This document shows positions 24,234 to 37,684 of a stretch of DNA of 64,000 nucleotides, in pieces. Position 1 is the stretch's first letter, and each line of letters begins with the position of its first letter. The DNA is from Eledone cirrhosa (taxonomy: Eukaryota), in contig OZ024741.1 of NCBI GenBank assembly GCA_964016885.1, positions 65,038,001-65,102,000 of the forward strand. The letters run 5' to 3'. Both the position numbers and the translations under genes were made by a program. The notes below the pieces were generated by a model, which was given only the letters and a program-made list of their open reading frames with translations, was not told where the DNA came from and made no database searches.

Positions 24234-27089
24234 CATTTATCTTAACATTTATTTAATATGTGAAAACTCCATTGCATTTGATCGCCACTCAACTGACGTG
24301 GAGTGCTCTTGCCTGCTTACACCTATTTATCAACGAGACATCAAAACTCTTACAGAAAAGCAACACAGTAATTAGCCTTATATCATCATCATCATTTGAC
24401 GTCCACTTTCCATGCTAGCATGGCTTAGACGGGTTATCCCCGTCATATAGGACTGTTTCTGGCTAGATTTCTACAGTTGGATGCCCTTCCAACCACATTT
24501 ACAGTGTGTGCTGGGTGCTTTTTGTTATGACACCTACACGACCACTTTTAAGTTCATCTTATTCCATGCCAACATGTGTTGGACAAGTCACCCAATGCAT
24601 TTATTGTCACGTGATATTTCATCATAACACAAGACAAAAAATGCCAATCTTTGATGGGAGGGGGGGGGGGGGGGGAGTTTTACAGCCAGATGCCCTAACT
24701 ATCCATGACTACTTTACAGCATGGACTAGCACTAGAGTTTTTTTCTGTAGGACTAAAGTGTCACTTCTACCATTGGTCTCCCGGATGGGTTGTGTCACTT
24801 CTGTTTGTTCCTTCTATATAGAAAGCTATATTTGTCATAGGACATAGGATGTTAAATATAGAGAAGTCTATGTCATCTATACTGGAAAAGACTAATCAAT
24901 CTGCTCAGCTTCCTTTATTAGTTTTTCTAAGTTGGTAGACATTAATAGACATCGACTATTCGAAAAAGAACCATAAATAAAATAAGAATCATTCTGGCAA
25001 TCCAAATGGATTTTCATAGCTAGAAATAGCCTAGCATCAACAGAATGGAAGATAATTGTAGTTCTGTGGCTGATATATAATATTGGATCTTTAATATACA
25101 CTGTAGGATCTTGAGATAATTCTTTGTATGTGTGAAGTGGTGGAGGCATGGGTGGTGGAAGTATATTTCTGCGTATATATTTGCATGTATGGAGGAAGTG
25201 TTAGTGAGAGTATGTATATGAGGAGGAAATATATTTGTGTGCATGTGTTGAGAATTGTATTTGTATGTGTGAGTGAGTGAGGGAGGGGGAGGTAATGTGT
25301 ATAGGGTGCATAGAATTATCTAAGTACACATGGGTATGTTTTGTATGTATCTGTGTGAAGAGGGAAAATGTATTTGTATGTACTTTTGTGTGTAAAGGAA
25401 TATACACTTGTGTGAGGAAGTGTATGTATGAGTATGTGTGTGGGAATGTGTATTTAACTGTATATATGCATGTGTTTATATCTTTATAGTATGAAAAAGC
25501 AGGCATAAAATGATGATGATCAGCATTAGACCTATTATATCAATGTAAGTGTGTGAGAGAGTGTGTAATTGATTACACATATTTGTTGGAGGGAAGTTGT
25601 ATAAAGTGTTATTATGGGAAAGAAAAACAAAACAAACGCCATTTGTATATGAACTAGTGGGGCTCTGTTTGAAGCAACAGAAAACAATTAATAACATCAG
25701 CAAAATATGAATAAATTTGTATTTTGGGAGGAGTGCCTTTCGATTGCAAGCCAACCACTAAGCCATGTGCCTCCATATATATATTATTTATGTTAGTTTT
25801 CTTTTTTCCATGGTCAACTTTGCCTTTGATCTTTCCATGATCTATAAAATAAAGTACCAGTCAACTACTGGTGTTGATATGATCAACTTTTCCCTTCACC
25901 TAAAATTACAGTTACTGACAAAAACAAACAAAAGCTCACTCACTGGAATTTAGTTAACAATATGAACATTTTCATACTGATCTTTAGAGAAGTCTTGCAG
26001 ATTTTTTACTGCTCTGCTTACATACGTCTGCTTCAAAGGCTGACTATAGAGTGGCGATAGGGCTGCAAAATATTACATGTATTAATTTCAACACCTCTTA
26101 TTAATAACTGCACTGTTTCTTTTCAGGGACTATGTTGAAAAATATACCTCATTTAGTCATTCCATGAGAGTATCTTAGTCAGCTTGTGAACTTTTCAGCC
26201 AATCCTCATAGGAGGGGTGGGGGTGGGGTAAATAAATCAAAGAAACAACAATAACTTATGGCCATGTTTTATTTAGTTGATGAAAAGATACTTAATTTTA
26301 TATAAGGAAGGAAGTTCATTCTAAGTTCAGCTTAGGTCATTTTAGAAACATACACATACACAAATATACATGTGCACACATTTAGATGCATATGCATATA
26401 CACACACATGCACATACACACAGAAATATACATATGCACTCATTTAGATGCATATGCCTACACACACACACATCGATACACATGCCTACACACACACACA
26501 CACACACACACATACACATTGATGCATATGCCTACACACATGTACACATTGATACACATGCCTACACACACACATATATACACATTGATAAACATACCTA
26601 CACACACACATACATTGATTAAGTGATTGACAAACCAGATAGTTGACATACTTGTAATAAGAAGCAATGACAGAATATTTTTATAAACTGACAGGAAAAA
26701 GGAAGGCTGGATGGATTAAGAGACAGATCAATATGTCGTTTGTTATTGTCACAAACTCTAGTCATTATTGATCAATTTTTTTATCAGTCAGATGGATCAA
26801 TAGACAGACACAATAAAATAACTCAGCATATTAAGGCACTCCATCGGTTACAATGATGCAAGTATTCTTGTTGATACGAACAACAAAACAGCCTGCTCAT
26901 GAAATTAAAGTGTAATTGGCTGAGTATTCCACAAATATGTGTACCTTTAACATAGTTCTCAAGGAGATTCAGCATGATACAGAAAGTGACATGGTTGGCT
27001 TTTGAATTACAGGTACTACTCATTTAATAGATAGCTAAACTGACAGACAGATAATAGCCAAAGTTAAAACAACAGAAGATATCCAAATA

Positions 27090-27470
27090 CTGGGACTTGA
27101 CCACCCTTCCCTATCCATGCCAGTTGCTGTTGAAGACCTCTGCTGTACTCAGTCCCCAAACTGCTGGTTTCCTCTGTAAAATCAGCTGGATGGCATCCAG
27201 CTTAACCCTTTAACATTTAAACCGGCCGTATCTGGCCAGAAATCTCTCATCTCTTTCTGCTCAAACCAGCCACTCATACTGATATTAAGGTATTATTCTC
27301 AAAATAAATAATATCAAAATCTCATAGATTCGATATTATGGGAGACAGTGTGATGTAAAGTCTTTACCATGAAAATATAATAATGTAAATGCTAAAGGGT
27401 TAAGGAAGGAGCCACGAGGTGGAACGGCTGATACACCAGGTATCGCTGGCTGTTCTCTGCAGGACAGTTG
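27090..27470 (+). pseudogene. CRE-like LINE relic interrupted by a piggyBac MITE
   Basis: Reads MPVAVE/TSAVLSPQTAGFLCKISWMASS-[MITE at TTAA]-LRKEP, resembling VETSGVLGPRATSLLLAIG...CEP at 62219-62450. Confidence 0.5.
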
Positions 27471-28074
27471 AGATACACCCCCTAGCCAGAATTGTAGGGT
27501 CTACTCTCTTCCCTTATTTATCATCATTTAATTTTTATTTATTTCTCTCTTCCTATTAGCATTTATATAGATAAATTAGAATAGACCAGAAGGCACACAG
27601 ATAATTAGATAGCTAGAAACATATATTGTAAAAGCTACTTGTAATATCTTTTGATATATAATTAAACGATAATAATAATAATGTATGGTAATGATCTGGT
27701 TCTCATAGATGAATCATCCTCATCATCATCACTGTTTGATGTATATCTTCCATGTTTGTAAGGGTTAGATAGACTGTCATGTACTGGAGCTAGACTGGTC
27801 AAGTGACCACATCTTGCTCATATGCTGTTTTGGGCTCAGTTTCTACAGCTTGGTGTCCTTCTTAATGCCAACTAATCTAGAATTAAAAAGCCCAATAGTA
27901 AACCGTGGAAAGATGACAAAACTCTACTACTATCAGAGAAATGGCCATGCTGAATATGGAGTAGCTAGGAATTATGTATTGTGTACCCACTGTATTAAAT
28001 TAAGAGATCTCAAATGACACAGTGATTGGAGCGATACTGCCAGAGATAAAAAGACTCTATACATGGCAGATTTA

Positions 28075-28545
28075 CAGAACTAGTGAACTGTTACAGAATC
28101 CACGAAAGAAATTCAAGGTGCTATTACCTCTGCTGACATCAAAGTGACTTCTACTTTGTGTAAAGTGTAGACTGTATGGTGTTTGTGTAAAAAGTGTGAT
28201 GTTGCATAGTAGTGAAACAAGAGCAATGAATGTGGAAGATGTGCAAAAAGTAGGAAGAAATGAAGTAAGCATGCTTTGCTGCATGTGTAATGTGCATGGA
28301 TGAAACAACTGCATTGGTAAGGACATGTGATGCATTGTTTGGTGAGGAAGTGTTATGAGATCCAGGTGAAAGGAGTCTGTGAAAGAAAAAGACCTAGGAT
28401 ACCTTGAGAAGAAGTGTTGAATGCTGATTTCAGACAGCTAAACTTAACAAAGGTGATGATAAAGAGCTGCAATAATTGGCAAGATGCTATGCAAGAAAAG
28501 ATCCATCAATCCATCTAATGTATATAAAATAATGGTGATGATGAA
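28075..28545 (+). pseudogene. Highly degenerate RTE 3' fragment
   Basis: Remnants of LLPLLTSK, RLYGVCVKSVMLHSSET and RNEVSMLCCMCNV, then an (ATG)n tail. Confidence 0.75.
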
Positions 28546-29902
28546 GAAATGTGAGTTGTCAGCTTTATAAAGCTTCCATTACTCACATTAAGAAACCAAC
28601 TTGTCATGGATAACATGTTTCTGTTTCCATCTGTCAGTCGTATAAATAGAACAGTATCCTCTTTGTGATTATCTATTGTCACCTGTACATATAATTGTTT
28701 CTACTTTTAGCACAAGGCCAGCAATTACCCAGTGTATTACTGGTACTATATTTTATCGACCCCGTAAGGATGAAAGGCAAAGTTAACCTCGGCGGGATTT
28801 GAACTCATAATGGTAAAGGCCGTAACTCTTTGCGTCAAAGCATGGCGTCCGACCCTCTACCGATACTGCCAATCCACCTGTACATATAATGCAATATCAT
28901 TATGTGTGCAGATGACAGTATGTGCCTATTAGATTAATTAATTGCCTGTGATTGTCAACAAACCTCTCTAATGTCAATCAAAATGTCTCTGGTTCAGAAA
29001 TACTCTGACAGAATAACCAATCTTTATTCACCTTGCCAAGTTTAATATTATGGTCATCAACATCATTAACAACCACAACAACCACTGCTAGCAAGTGTTA
29101 TATATACATATATATATATAAATATTATATATATATATCATCATCATTATCAACGTCCATTTTCCACAATTGCATGGTTTAGATGGATTGTTACATTATG
29201 AGGCAATTCAGGTCCAGAGACCACATCTTGTTCATGTGGATCTATATTTTGGCTTGGTGTCTATGGTTGGATGCCCTTCCTAACACCAATCACTTTACAG
29301 TGTGAACTGGGTGCTTTTTATTGTGTCACCAGCACGACCTCCTTAGTGTGGACTATGTGCTTTTTCTTGTGTCACACACAAACACAGATACATATATATA
29401 TAATAAAAGCACGTGGCCATGTGGTTAAGGTGTTGAACTTTAGGATCATTGTGTTGTGGGGTTTGATTCCTGGATGGGTGATCTGTTGTGTTATTGAGCA
29501 AAACACTTCATTTCATGTTGCTCCAGTATACTCAGCTGAAAATTAGTACCAGCTATAGCTGGGGGTTTAACGCTGTAATTGACTGGTGCCATATCCAGAG
29601 GGAACTCTTGTACACTCAGTTGTTTAACACCAAGGAAACCAGGATAAGCACTGGCCTATTGAGCTAAATCTGATTGGTGTCTCTGTTTATATCTATGTAT
29701 CTATCTATATGTGTGCATGTATTATGAACACACACACACACACACATATAGATAGATAGATAGAAACAGATGGAGACACAAAAATCAAATTTGTTGCTTT
29801 TAATGTCTGAAGACAATACCTTTTGTATTTATAAGTACATGTATGAATAAATAAATATATAAGTACATGTATGAATAAATAAATAAATATATATATATAT
29901 AT

Positions 29903-30137
29903 AACAAAGGAATTGTGGTAAGGAACCAGATGGAGCATAACGCACCAGAGTACTCAATACTTAGGGTAGTAGAGTGGGAAATAGGAAAAAGTATGACCCG
30001 ACGGCAGAGCTCTAGCCGTTTCCACGGCTATTTCTGGACTAAATTAGAATTTTTAGCCAGGCTAAAAATTCTAATTTAGTCCAGAATAGCCGTGGAAACG
30101 GCTTGAGCTCTGCTGTCGGGGTCATACTTTTTCCTAT
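29903..30137 (-). mobile_element. Fold-back Penelope-like fragment with half hammerhead
   Basis: ~78-bp arms 29981-30058/30060-30137 with a 1-bp loop. GAAA-CGGC-TAGAGCTCT-GCCG-TC forms stem III with GUC, but CUGANGA is absent. Flanked by (TA)n. Confidence 0.75.
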
Positions 30138-31750
30138 ATATATAAGTCTATATGATTGTATATATAAATATGTTGCCGGACAAAAATAATCCAATGTTTA
30201 CTACTTAACTCAGAACATCAATGTGTTAACATGCATGTGGAGAGGTTGTGAGAGAACTATGCCAAGAGCTCTTGTTTGTTTTTTCCCACTCTTTTCCTTT
30301 ACCATTTCCTGGTTACACAAGGTGGTTGTTAATTGACCATAACGTTTTATTATAATAGATATATATATATATATGGTATGTAATGAGCAAGATGAGGTCA
30401 CTGACCCATTTAGTCTTGGATTTACATACATATATAGAGGTTAACTTTGCCTTTCATTCTTACTGGGTCGATAAAATAAAGTACCAGTAATACACTGGAT
30501 AATTGCTGGCCTTGTGCCTAACGTAGAAACAATTATATACATATATATGAAAGTATGTTAACATACTTTATAATTTAAAATAATTTATATATATGTATAT
30601 AACGTTAAAGTCTGTCTGAAGCTGGAGGTTCATCATGCTAGTATTTATCCCGGTTCCATCACAGGGTTAACTCCCAACTGCTGTTGCTGCAGCTGGTACT
30701 CAGCTAAGTGTGCTGGAGCAATGTGAAGTGAAGGGTTTTGCTGAAGAACACAACATGCTACTTTGTATGGGAATTAAACCGATGATATTATGAATGTAAG
30801 TCCAACACCCTAACCACTAGGCCACATGCCTTCACACACACACACATTATATATATATAGTGGAAAACGGGGAAAATCCTTAGTATAAGATATATTTGAA
30901 AAAGGAGAAGAATGACTTCACTGGTGGTTGTTATGCTTTAATAATCTATTGTTTTATGAGTCATTTTTTGTTGTTAGCCCTTGTAAGTGCATGTTAACTT
31001 CAGTGTGGAATTTTCTTACATTCGGCAACAATTGTCAAGCATGTGAAGCCTCCAGTCCACACTGTAAAGTGGTTGTGTAGGAGACACATCAAAAAGTACC
31101 CAGCACTCACTGTAAGTGAGATTGACGCTAGGAAGGGCATTCAGCTGTAGAAACCAACCCAAAATCAGTTCTGTATGTGCAAGACATGGTTACCTGATCT
31201 GGCATTGCTTACAACAGGATAACTTGTCTAACCCATGCCAGTGTAGAAAAATGGAGGTTAAACGGAGATGATGATGATGATGATATATGTAGATAGATAG
31301 AAAGATATATAATTCATTTTATTACATAAATCGCCGTAATATGTAATTCTACCACACTAATAATTACGCAATGCTGCCATCATACAATCACCAACATAAC
31401 TTCCTCAGATTGCATCTTGTTATGTAATATATTTTTAATGCAATACATGCTATTGATAAGGGGTTGTTACTCTTACAAAAGTCTGTCTTATTAACACCAC
31501 AGAAATACGTATTTCAGCGATTTACATAAATAATGAAATGAATTATGGATATCTAACATTCACATTTTTATCATTATTGTATGTATATTCTGTCATGGAC
31601 CACCAAATTGGAAATGGAAGGCTACATGATGTTGAATGCTTAATTCTAATTACATCATTATTTATAGATTGGAGTGTTGCAAACACAACCACAGTTAGTC
31701 AACATTTTATAACACTTATATATACATGTGTGTGTGGGGGGGGGGGGGGG

Positions 31751-31955
31751 TCACAGGTTCAATTGGTAGTAATCACAGTAAGTAAGGTACTCAATACATT
31801 AGTAAAGTGTATACAACAAATTTAATATAGAAATAGCTTCTACAGGACTAGAACTGTTTCATTCAAAGGAAATCATCAGGAAAGGCTTTCCTTATGATTT
31901 CTTTCAAATGAAACAGTTCTAGCCCTGTAGAAGCCATTTCTATATTAAATTTGTT
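31751..31955 (-). mobile_element. Palindromic hammerhead mini-element (best copy of the family)
   Basis: 70-bp arms 31815-31884/31886-31955 centred on GAAAG-G-CTTTC, with a tail at 31751-31814. Confidence 0.8.
31830..31890 (-). ncRNA. Type-I hammerhead ribozyme
   Basis: CTTTC-CTGATGA-T-TTC-CTTT-GAA-T-GAAA-CAG-TTCTAGTC-CTG-TA-GAAG. The plus-strand mirror has CTTATGA in place of CTGATGA. Confidence 0.72.
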
Positions 31956-32514
31956 ATATATATATATATATATTATATATATATATATATGTATAAAATC
32001 AATACAATATAATTACCTCATTACCAGAGGTTTCCCGAATGAGGCGAATACGAAATAAACGACTTCATTCGTTCGTCAGACGAGGCAATATAAAACATGG
32101 GCAAATACTTAGAAAAACACATCAAGAAAATCAAAAAATATATAGATAAATGAAATAGAAATTGAAATATATAAAAATTTATCAAGAAAAATAGTTAGGT
32201 GTGTGTATGTGTATGTATATACGCTCACAGATGTGCATATATGTATATGTGCACATGTAAATGTATAGTTAGAAAGTGTGCGTAATTATAAAAATTTAGG
32301 GCGAATGTATCTATATGTCTGTATTATACAGACAGAAATGGTTACATCGTAAATATAAGAATATAAAGTCGCGCGCATAAAAACGCCTGGACACTCGTAC
32401 ACTTAGATGCGGAAAGAAAGGAGGTAAAGAGAGTATAATAATTAAAAGAAAAGTATCAGTCTCGATATATTTATAAAAATATAGTAACGATAAATTAGAA
32501 AGAAAAGATAGAAA

Positions 32515-32664
32515 GAAAAATTTTGGATATTGCAAAATCTTAAATCACCAAAGACCTGCTTGAACACAAAGACGGAAATTTTTACCAGTTGCCCACACAT
32601 GAAATCACACCTGCTTTCCAGCTCATATAAACTTAACACACTTTCAGATACTTATCCTCCATAA
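32515..32664 (+). pseudogene. C-terminal end of a Penelope-like RT/GIY-YIG endonuclease ORF
   Basis: EKFWILQNLKSPKTCLNTKTEIFTSCPHMKSHLLSSSYKLNTLSDTYPP*, matching the EKxxIL...LNxxxExxxxCxH..K.LL ending of Neptune-type PLE proteins. Confidence 0.75.
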
Positions 32665-33841
32665 ACTCTTATTATTCTCTTTTTAATTACCCTTTCTGAC
32701 TTACTTTCATTCTTATCCTTGTCAATAATTTCATTTATTTTCACTTTTATTTATTTTTACTTCACCCCCCCCCCCCCCCTTATTCTCCAATCCACTTCCT
32801 ATTTTCTATTTTTTACTTCCCCTTCTTTTACTTCCCTTTTTCCTCCACTAACTGATTATACTTGTCTTTTGTGTTTTTCAATCCAGATATATTTTTCATT
32901 TTTATTTTTATTTTATTTTTGCGCAGCTTATTTATCCACATTTCAATATGGCTGAACGCCTTAATGTGTGTATACTTTTATATATGTACATGAGTGACTA
33001 CGTATGTGCGCGCGCGTGCGTGTATGTATATGTATATATATATATATATATATGTGCGTGTATGTATGTGTGTGTGTACAGGTGTTTGTGTGTGTGTGTA
33101 TGTATATATTATGCGTATGTGTAAGTGTCTTTATATCCGTGTTTTTGACATTTCGGTTTTATGTTTTTGTTCCTTTTTTCTTCTCCCCCCCCCCCCTTCC
33201 CTCTTTTGTTACTTACTCAGTTTCATACGTGGACATGCAAACAGGTTTATATGCGCGAGTATAAGTATGTGTGTGTGTGTGTATGTACGTATCGAACGTA
33301 TGGAAGTGTAAGTGCGCGTGTGTATATAAGCATAATTATTTTTACATTTCTTTTGTGAGACACGCGTGTCTGTGTATGTATGTACCCCCCCTTTTTTTGT
33401 TTTCTTTAATTTTTTCTTTCTATCTTTTCTTTCTAATTTATCGTTACTATATTTTTATAAATATATCGAGACTGATACTTTTCTTTTAATTATTATACTC
33501 TCTTTACCTCCTTTCTTTCCGCATCTAAGTGTACGAGTGTCCAGGCGTTTTTATGCGCGCGACTTTATATTCTTATATTTACGATGTAACCATTTCTGTC
33601 TGTATAATACAGACATATAGATACATTCGCCCTAAATTTTTATAATTACGCACACTTTCTAACTATACATTTACATGTGCACATATACATATATGCACAT
33701 CTGTGAGCGTATATACATACACATACACACACCTAACTATTTTTCTTGATAGATTTTTATATATTTCAATTTCTATTTCATTTATCTATATATTTTTTGA
33801 TTTTCTTGATGTGTTTTTCTAAGTATTTGCCCATGTTTTAT

Positions 33842-33919
33842 ATTGCCTCGTCTGACGAACGAATGAAGTCGTTTATTTCGTATTCGCCTCATTCGGGAAA
33901 CCTCTGGTAATGAGGTAAT
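33842..33919 (+). ncRNA. Type-I hammerhead ribozyme (mirror copy 32012-32089 on minus strand)
   Basis: ATTGCCTCGT-CTGACGA-A-CGAATGA...TCATTCG-G-GAAA-CC-TCT-GG-TA-ATGAGGTAAT. 10-bp stem I, 7-bp stem II, triplet GUA. Confidence 0.87.
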
Positions 33920-34017
33920 TATATTGTATTGATTTTATACATTAATTTTGCTCTGATACTTACATAGAGCACTCTTCATTTCTATGATCTTTTCTGTTTC
34001 CAACGGAAATTTCAATA

Positions 34018-34050
<33 letters not shown>

Positions 34051-35624
34051 TAGTGTGGAAGAATGGAACGTAAAACTGTGATGATGATGATGATGATATA
34101 TATATGCACATTCATATATTGTATACATTACATTCACTGATGAATTAGGTGACTAACGTCCAAAATCCAACCCATGAAAGCCTCACATACTCACACTCAC
34201 ACATGCAATCATAAAGAAATCAGAATATTCTGTAATTTCAGATCAGGTTTTATACTATCAAGACCAAAGTATTTGGGTTAGTTTTAGGACTGTCTATGTG
34301 TTTTTGATCATAAAGATACATAACACACACATGCACAAACTTACACACACACACACGTGCAAATACACATAGACGCACACAAAACAAAATAAGGCAAACA
34401 GTACACACTTACACACAAAGTCATAAAAGAAATCCAAACAGATGTTCAGATGAATGGCTTCACACAAAAGCTCAATAGTGCTGCTGCTGTTTCTGAGCAC
34501 TTTTTTCAGTCATGTGATCATGTGATGTGGATACATATACTCAAGTGGTAGTAGCAGTGGTAGTGGTGAGAGGTGAGAGACAGAGATGTGTGTGTGTATA
34601 TGTGAATGTATACTGTGTGTGTATGGGTGTGTATATGTGCATGTTGTGTATATGTGAATATGTATGTGTGCATGTTGTGTATATTATGTGGATGGGTGTA
34701 TATATGTGTGTGTTATGTGTGCGTGTGTGTATGTGTGCATGTTGTGTATTGTGTGTGTATGGGTGTATATATGTGGGTATGTGTGTATATGTGACTGTAT
34801 ATCTGTGTATTGTGTGTATGTGTGTTGGGATGTTGTGAGTGTATGTTGTGTGTGTGTATGTGTGTATTCTGCTTGCCTTATTTTGTTTTGTTTAGTCATT
34901 TTGTTAATCCAAACAAATAGCTTCAATAATTTGATAATGAGCTTAAAAAGAAGAGCAGGGAGAAGGGAGGCAGATGGTGTGGATGATGATGATGATATGG
35001 AGGAGGAGAAGAAGGGAGGGGTCTAAGATATCTGTTCAATCGCATCTGGGGCATACATCAAGTGGAGCAATGAGAAAAATGACAATAACAACAAGCCAGC
35101 AATGGAATCTCTATGCAGTTGCTTGACATGCTAGAAATAGCAGCCAAACTTGTTTCAAACCACAAACTACCATCTTATCCCTTTAGCATTTACTTTACTC
35201 GATATATACTATTGTATTTTTGTGGTAAGGGCTTTATCTCACATAATATTAAATCTATGAGATTTTGATATTATTTATTTTGAGAACAATACCTTAATAT
35301 CAATATGAGCAGCCAGTTACAGAAAGAGGTGAGAGAATTCTGGCTGGATATGACCAGTTTAAATGCTAAAGGGTTAAGTAAAGAAAAGGCACATTAAATA
35401 ACGTAGTCCTACAATTCCTGAAATAAAGGGATGATCAGGGAAGGTTTACTTGATCAGGGTTGACCTAAAATAGAAGATGATCATCATTATTTTATGTTTG
35501 CTTTCTATGTTGGTACGGGTTGGATGGGTTGGATGGGTCTAAGACTAGACAAGTCGAATAGACCTTGTCTTGCTCATACAATCCATATTGGCATAGTTTC
35601 TACAGCTTGGTGTCCATCGTAATT

Positions 35625-35950
35625 CCAATCACCTTATAGAGAGCACTGAATGTGTTTTATTGTGGAACTTGCACTACCACTTTACAGAGTGTACTGGGTG
35701 CATTGTATAGTGGCTCCAGCTCTACCATTTTACAGAGTGTACCGAGTGCATTTTATAATGGCTCCAGCTCTACCACACAACAAAGTGTACTATGTGCATT
35801 GTATTGTGGATCCAGCTCTACCATTACACAGAGTGTAGTGGGTGCATTTTATTGTGGATCCAGTACTATCTCTATACAAAGTGTACTGGGTGCATTTTAT
35901 TGTGGCTCCAGCACTACCACACTGCAGAGTGTACTACGTGCATTTTATCC
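35625..35950. repeat. 48-bp tandem repeat (~7 copies) derived from the RTE/SINE tail unit
   Basis: GTGTACTGGGTGCATTTTATTGTGGCTCCAGCACTACCAC..ACAGA at ~35688, 35736, 35784, 35832, 35881 and 35929. Confidence 0.85.
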
Positions 35951-37684
35951 CAGTGCAACAATTTTCTGATATCAATCATCATCAAATTTTCCTGTCCAGC
36001 ACTGTCTCTTCTATTACTCCATCATCTACCACCTTCTTCCATCATTTACTCACCCTGATTCGTCTTCTGCTTACCTTCTTGATCACATAACCTTGGTCGA
36101 ACTGAGATAACAGAGTAATGAGGACATCTTAGACTTGCAGAGTAGAAGAAGGCAACTTCATTAGTGCTGATGCCACAATAGACTGCACTCTGAATACTCT
36201 TTAACCCTTTAGCATTTACATTACTCTGTATTTACTATTATATTTTCATGGTAAAGGCTTTATCTCACATAATATTGAAGCTATGAGATTTTGATATTAT
36301 TTATTTTGAGAACAATACCTTAATATCAGTATGTATGGCTGGTTACAGCCAGTTTGAACAGAAAGAGGTGAGAGCATTCAGGCCGGATACGACTGGTTTA
36401 AATGCTAAAAGGTTAAAGTTGTTGCCAAAAATGGGGAGGCAATGAAGGGGTGTAAGAACTTTTCAGTTTTGTTAAGGATATCACAACTTCTCTAGTGTTG
36501 GTACCATGATAAAATGTAGCCAATACACTGTAAATTTGTTGTTGTTAGGAATGGGCATCCAACCATAGAAATCATGCCAAAAAGGAATATGATCCTTCAA
36601 TGTCTAGAAAGGAAGACAGTAAATCTGAATAATAACTGACTTGAACTCTGATGTCCTGTCCAATCAATGCTTAGTATGGAAAGCAGATGTAAAATGATGA
36701 TGATTATTATAATGGCGATGATGATGAAAAATAAAAAGGACAAAAATTAGAAGAGGAAAAAGAAGAAAGAAGTAATAAGGTGATTAGTAATGGGAATCAT
36801 TGTCATGCATTGTGTTGTGAGAGAATGTTTGATGGTGGTGGTTGTGGTTGAGTGGTTTTCAGTGATTAAAAATGTTTGGATGTTTAAAACTTGTTCCATT
36901 ACATTACAGATATGCACTTTAATGAGAGAGAGAGAGAGAGAGAGAGTGAGAATTGACCCCAGTACTGAACTCAAACACAGAGTAAATTGGCAGTGGTGGT
37001 GGTTGGGTGTTGGAGAGGGGAAAATAAAATATGTTTTTTTATTTGACAACTAAACTCAATACAATTTATGAATTTTGCTGTTTATCCTCAGGTCATTCTT
37101 GATTAATTAGTCCCATGATGAAAGGCATTCCTTGCCATGACCATCCCATCTGTTTTTCTGTCCATGGAATACATTATCCAATGATTCAGTTTCTAAAACA
37201 GTACAGTGTGATTTGAAAGAATTTGGTTGCTATTTTTAGCAGGTCGAGTGACCATATAGAATTTATTCTTTCACTGGGTGACATTGTTTACTCCAAGCTT
37301 AAACCCAATCAAGCACAGTATATCTATGACTACATTATCTAACGAATTCTTCCTATCCTAAAAGGCATGAGTTAACCCAAGATAATGACACTCACCCAAA
37401 ATTCCAAGCAGTGAGATCGAACTTGGGACTTAATGATTGTGAAGTGAACTGCTTAAACATTTGGTCATAGTGTGTACACACACACGCCATTGCTTTATTT
37501 CTGTATTGCCTTTTGCTTAGTATACTAAATTTCTAGAGTCAGACAGAAAAATATTTGGCAAATATGTTGTTTTTGGTAGCATGTTTTTGTAACATTTAAA
37601 CAAATTCTTGATGGTGTGGTGTGTTATTTTTAATTCCAATTTTTTTAAAAGAAGAAAAACGAAAATAACAATAATAATAAATGC

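Larger units (their letters stand above)
31989..34020 (+). mobile_element. 5'-truncated Penelope-like element with 532-bp inverted pLTR copy
   Basis: Arms 31989-32520/33411-33942 with only one mismatch noticed. Contains an endonuclease C-terminal ORF remnant and a hammerhead in each arm; (TA)n on both sides. Confidence 0.88.

Noticed and set aside
34137-34185. CTGATGA...GAAA as another hammerhead
   Set aside because: No stem III/NUH site or stem I pairing could be formed.
34508-34526. Tandem TCATGTGA (M-box/E-box-like) motif
   Set aside because: Short motif with no promoter context; expected by chance in 64 kb.
34527-35026. Cys/Val/Tyr-rich ORFs (and similar YIYI/HTHT ORFs across the window)
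   Set aside because: They are translations of (GT)n/(TA)n microsatellites.
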